Below, piece after piece: positions 51,241 through 51,916 of a DNA stretch of 51,916 nt. The stretch comes from an uncultured Zetaproteobacteria bacterium (GTDB lineage Bacteria; Pseudomonadota; Zetaproteobacteria; Mariprofundales; Mariprofundaceae): NCBI GenBank assembly GCA_964490955.1, contig CAZBEN010000001.1:1-51916 (forward strand), written 5' to 3'. A program made the position numbers and the translations under genes. Below the pieces are notes generated by a model. It saw only the letters and a list, made by a program, of their open reading frames with translations, was not told the origin of the DNA and ran no database searches. Every line of letters starts with the position of its first letter. Positions within the stretch are counted from its first letter, which is position 1.

Positions 51241-51916
51241 GTGACTGATTCATCCATCCATACCTCGCTGGAGCGCGCTGTCGAACTGTGCCAATCTGAT
51301 ATGGTACGGGTGAATGCCTGTATCCATCAGAATTTGCAATCCGATATCATGATGATTCCCGCCATCGGGCATTATATTGTTAACAGTGGCGGCAAGCGGC
51401 TACGGCCATTGCTGTGTCTGCTGACGGCGCGGATGTTCGGTTATCACGGCGATCGTCACATTCCACTTTCCGTGGTGGTCGAATTTATTCATACGGCATC
51501 ACTATTGCATGATGATGTGGTTGATTCATCCGATCAGCGGCGTGGTGCACCATCGGCCAATGGGGTCTGGGGTAATCAGGCATCGGTACTGGTTGGCGAT
51601 TATCTCTTTTCGCGCTCGTTCCAGATGATGGTGACTGATGGCGATATGGCGATGCTGAAACTGATGAGCGATGTCACCAATGCGCTGGCCGAAGGTGAAG
51701 TCCTGCAATTGTCGCGTACCTTTCATCTGGAGATGACAGAAACCGAATGCCTTGAAGTGATTGAACGTAAAACAGCTGTATTATTCAAGGCGGCCAGTGA
51801 GGTGGGGGCCCATGCTGCCGGGCAACCTGCTGAAATAGTGGCGGCCATGGCTGAATACGGTATGTGTCTGGGTGTGGCATTCCAGTTGATGGATGATGCG
51901 CTGGATTATCTGGCTG
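51241..51916 (+). CDS. ispB: Polyprenyl (octaprenyl) diphosphate synthase, cut off by the window end
   Basis: Absent from the ORF track; manual translation gives SGGKRLRP, EFIHTASLLHDDVVD...RRG, VLVGDYL, AEGEVLQ and AFQLMDDALDY; GTG start assumed. Confidence 0.92.
   Translation, partial: MTDSSIHTSLERAVELCQSDMVRVNACIHQNLQSDIMMIPAIGHYIVNSGGKRLRPLLCLLTARMFGYHGDRHIPLSVVVEFIHTASLLHDDVVDSSDQRRGAPSANGVWGNQASVLVGDYLFSRSFQMMVTDGDMAMLKLMSDVTNALAEGEVLQLSRTFHLEMTETECLEVIERKTAVLFKAASEVGAHAAGQPAEIVAAMAEYGMCLGVAFQLMDDALDYLA

Overview
A gene-dense, mostly housekeeping segment of a proteobacterial chromosome (roughly 50% GC by eye). Gene order and protein style suggest Zetaproteobacteria (Mariprofundus-like), but that is inference and was not checked. 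It holds about 49 CDS and one tRNA-Gln(TTG): ClC-CBS, uvrD, arsC, recQ, trxB-gmhB-plsC, ppa-hppA-DUF4389, the JAB-TPR-lolB-ispE-tRNA-prs / rplY-pth-ychF block, rplM-rpsI, guaB-guaA, an FKBP PPIase, cytochrome b, ribF-ileS, coaBC-dut, pilP-nth, bcp, ispH, a Fe-S/CDGSH protein, serB, mfd, mgtE, pilMNO-Q, hemW, rng, maf and a partial ispB. I see no prophage, transposase, integrase, CRISPR array or defence island, and I cannot claim a clear new multi-gene system. The best leads are small. (1) A 64-aa orphan gene has four 11-bp-phased TGTCA boxes (Pho-box geometry) upstream and two perfect hairpins downstream, one with a CsrA-type CANGGANG loop. (2) A dispersed family of intergenic repeats with 9-bp periodicity (TTCACC plus three units) occurs as inverted pairs and as single arms. 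(3) pilP is missing from the pilMNO-Q operon and sits about 10.5 kb away, with no cysteine and a candidate sigma-54 promoter. (4) Soluble and membrane pyrophosphatase genes are adjacent, separated by a terminator. (5) The ClC protein has several substituted signature residues.
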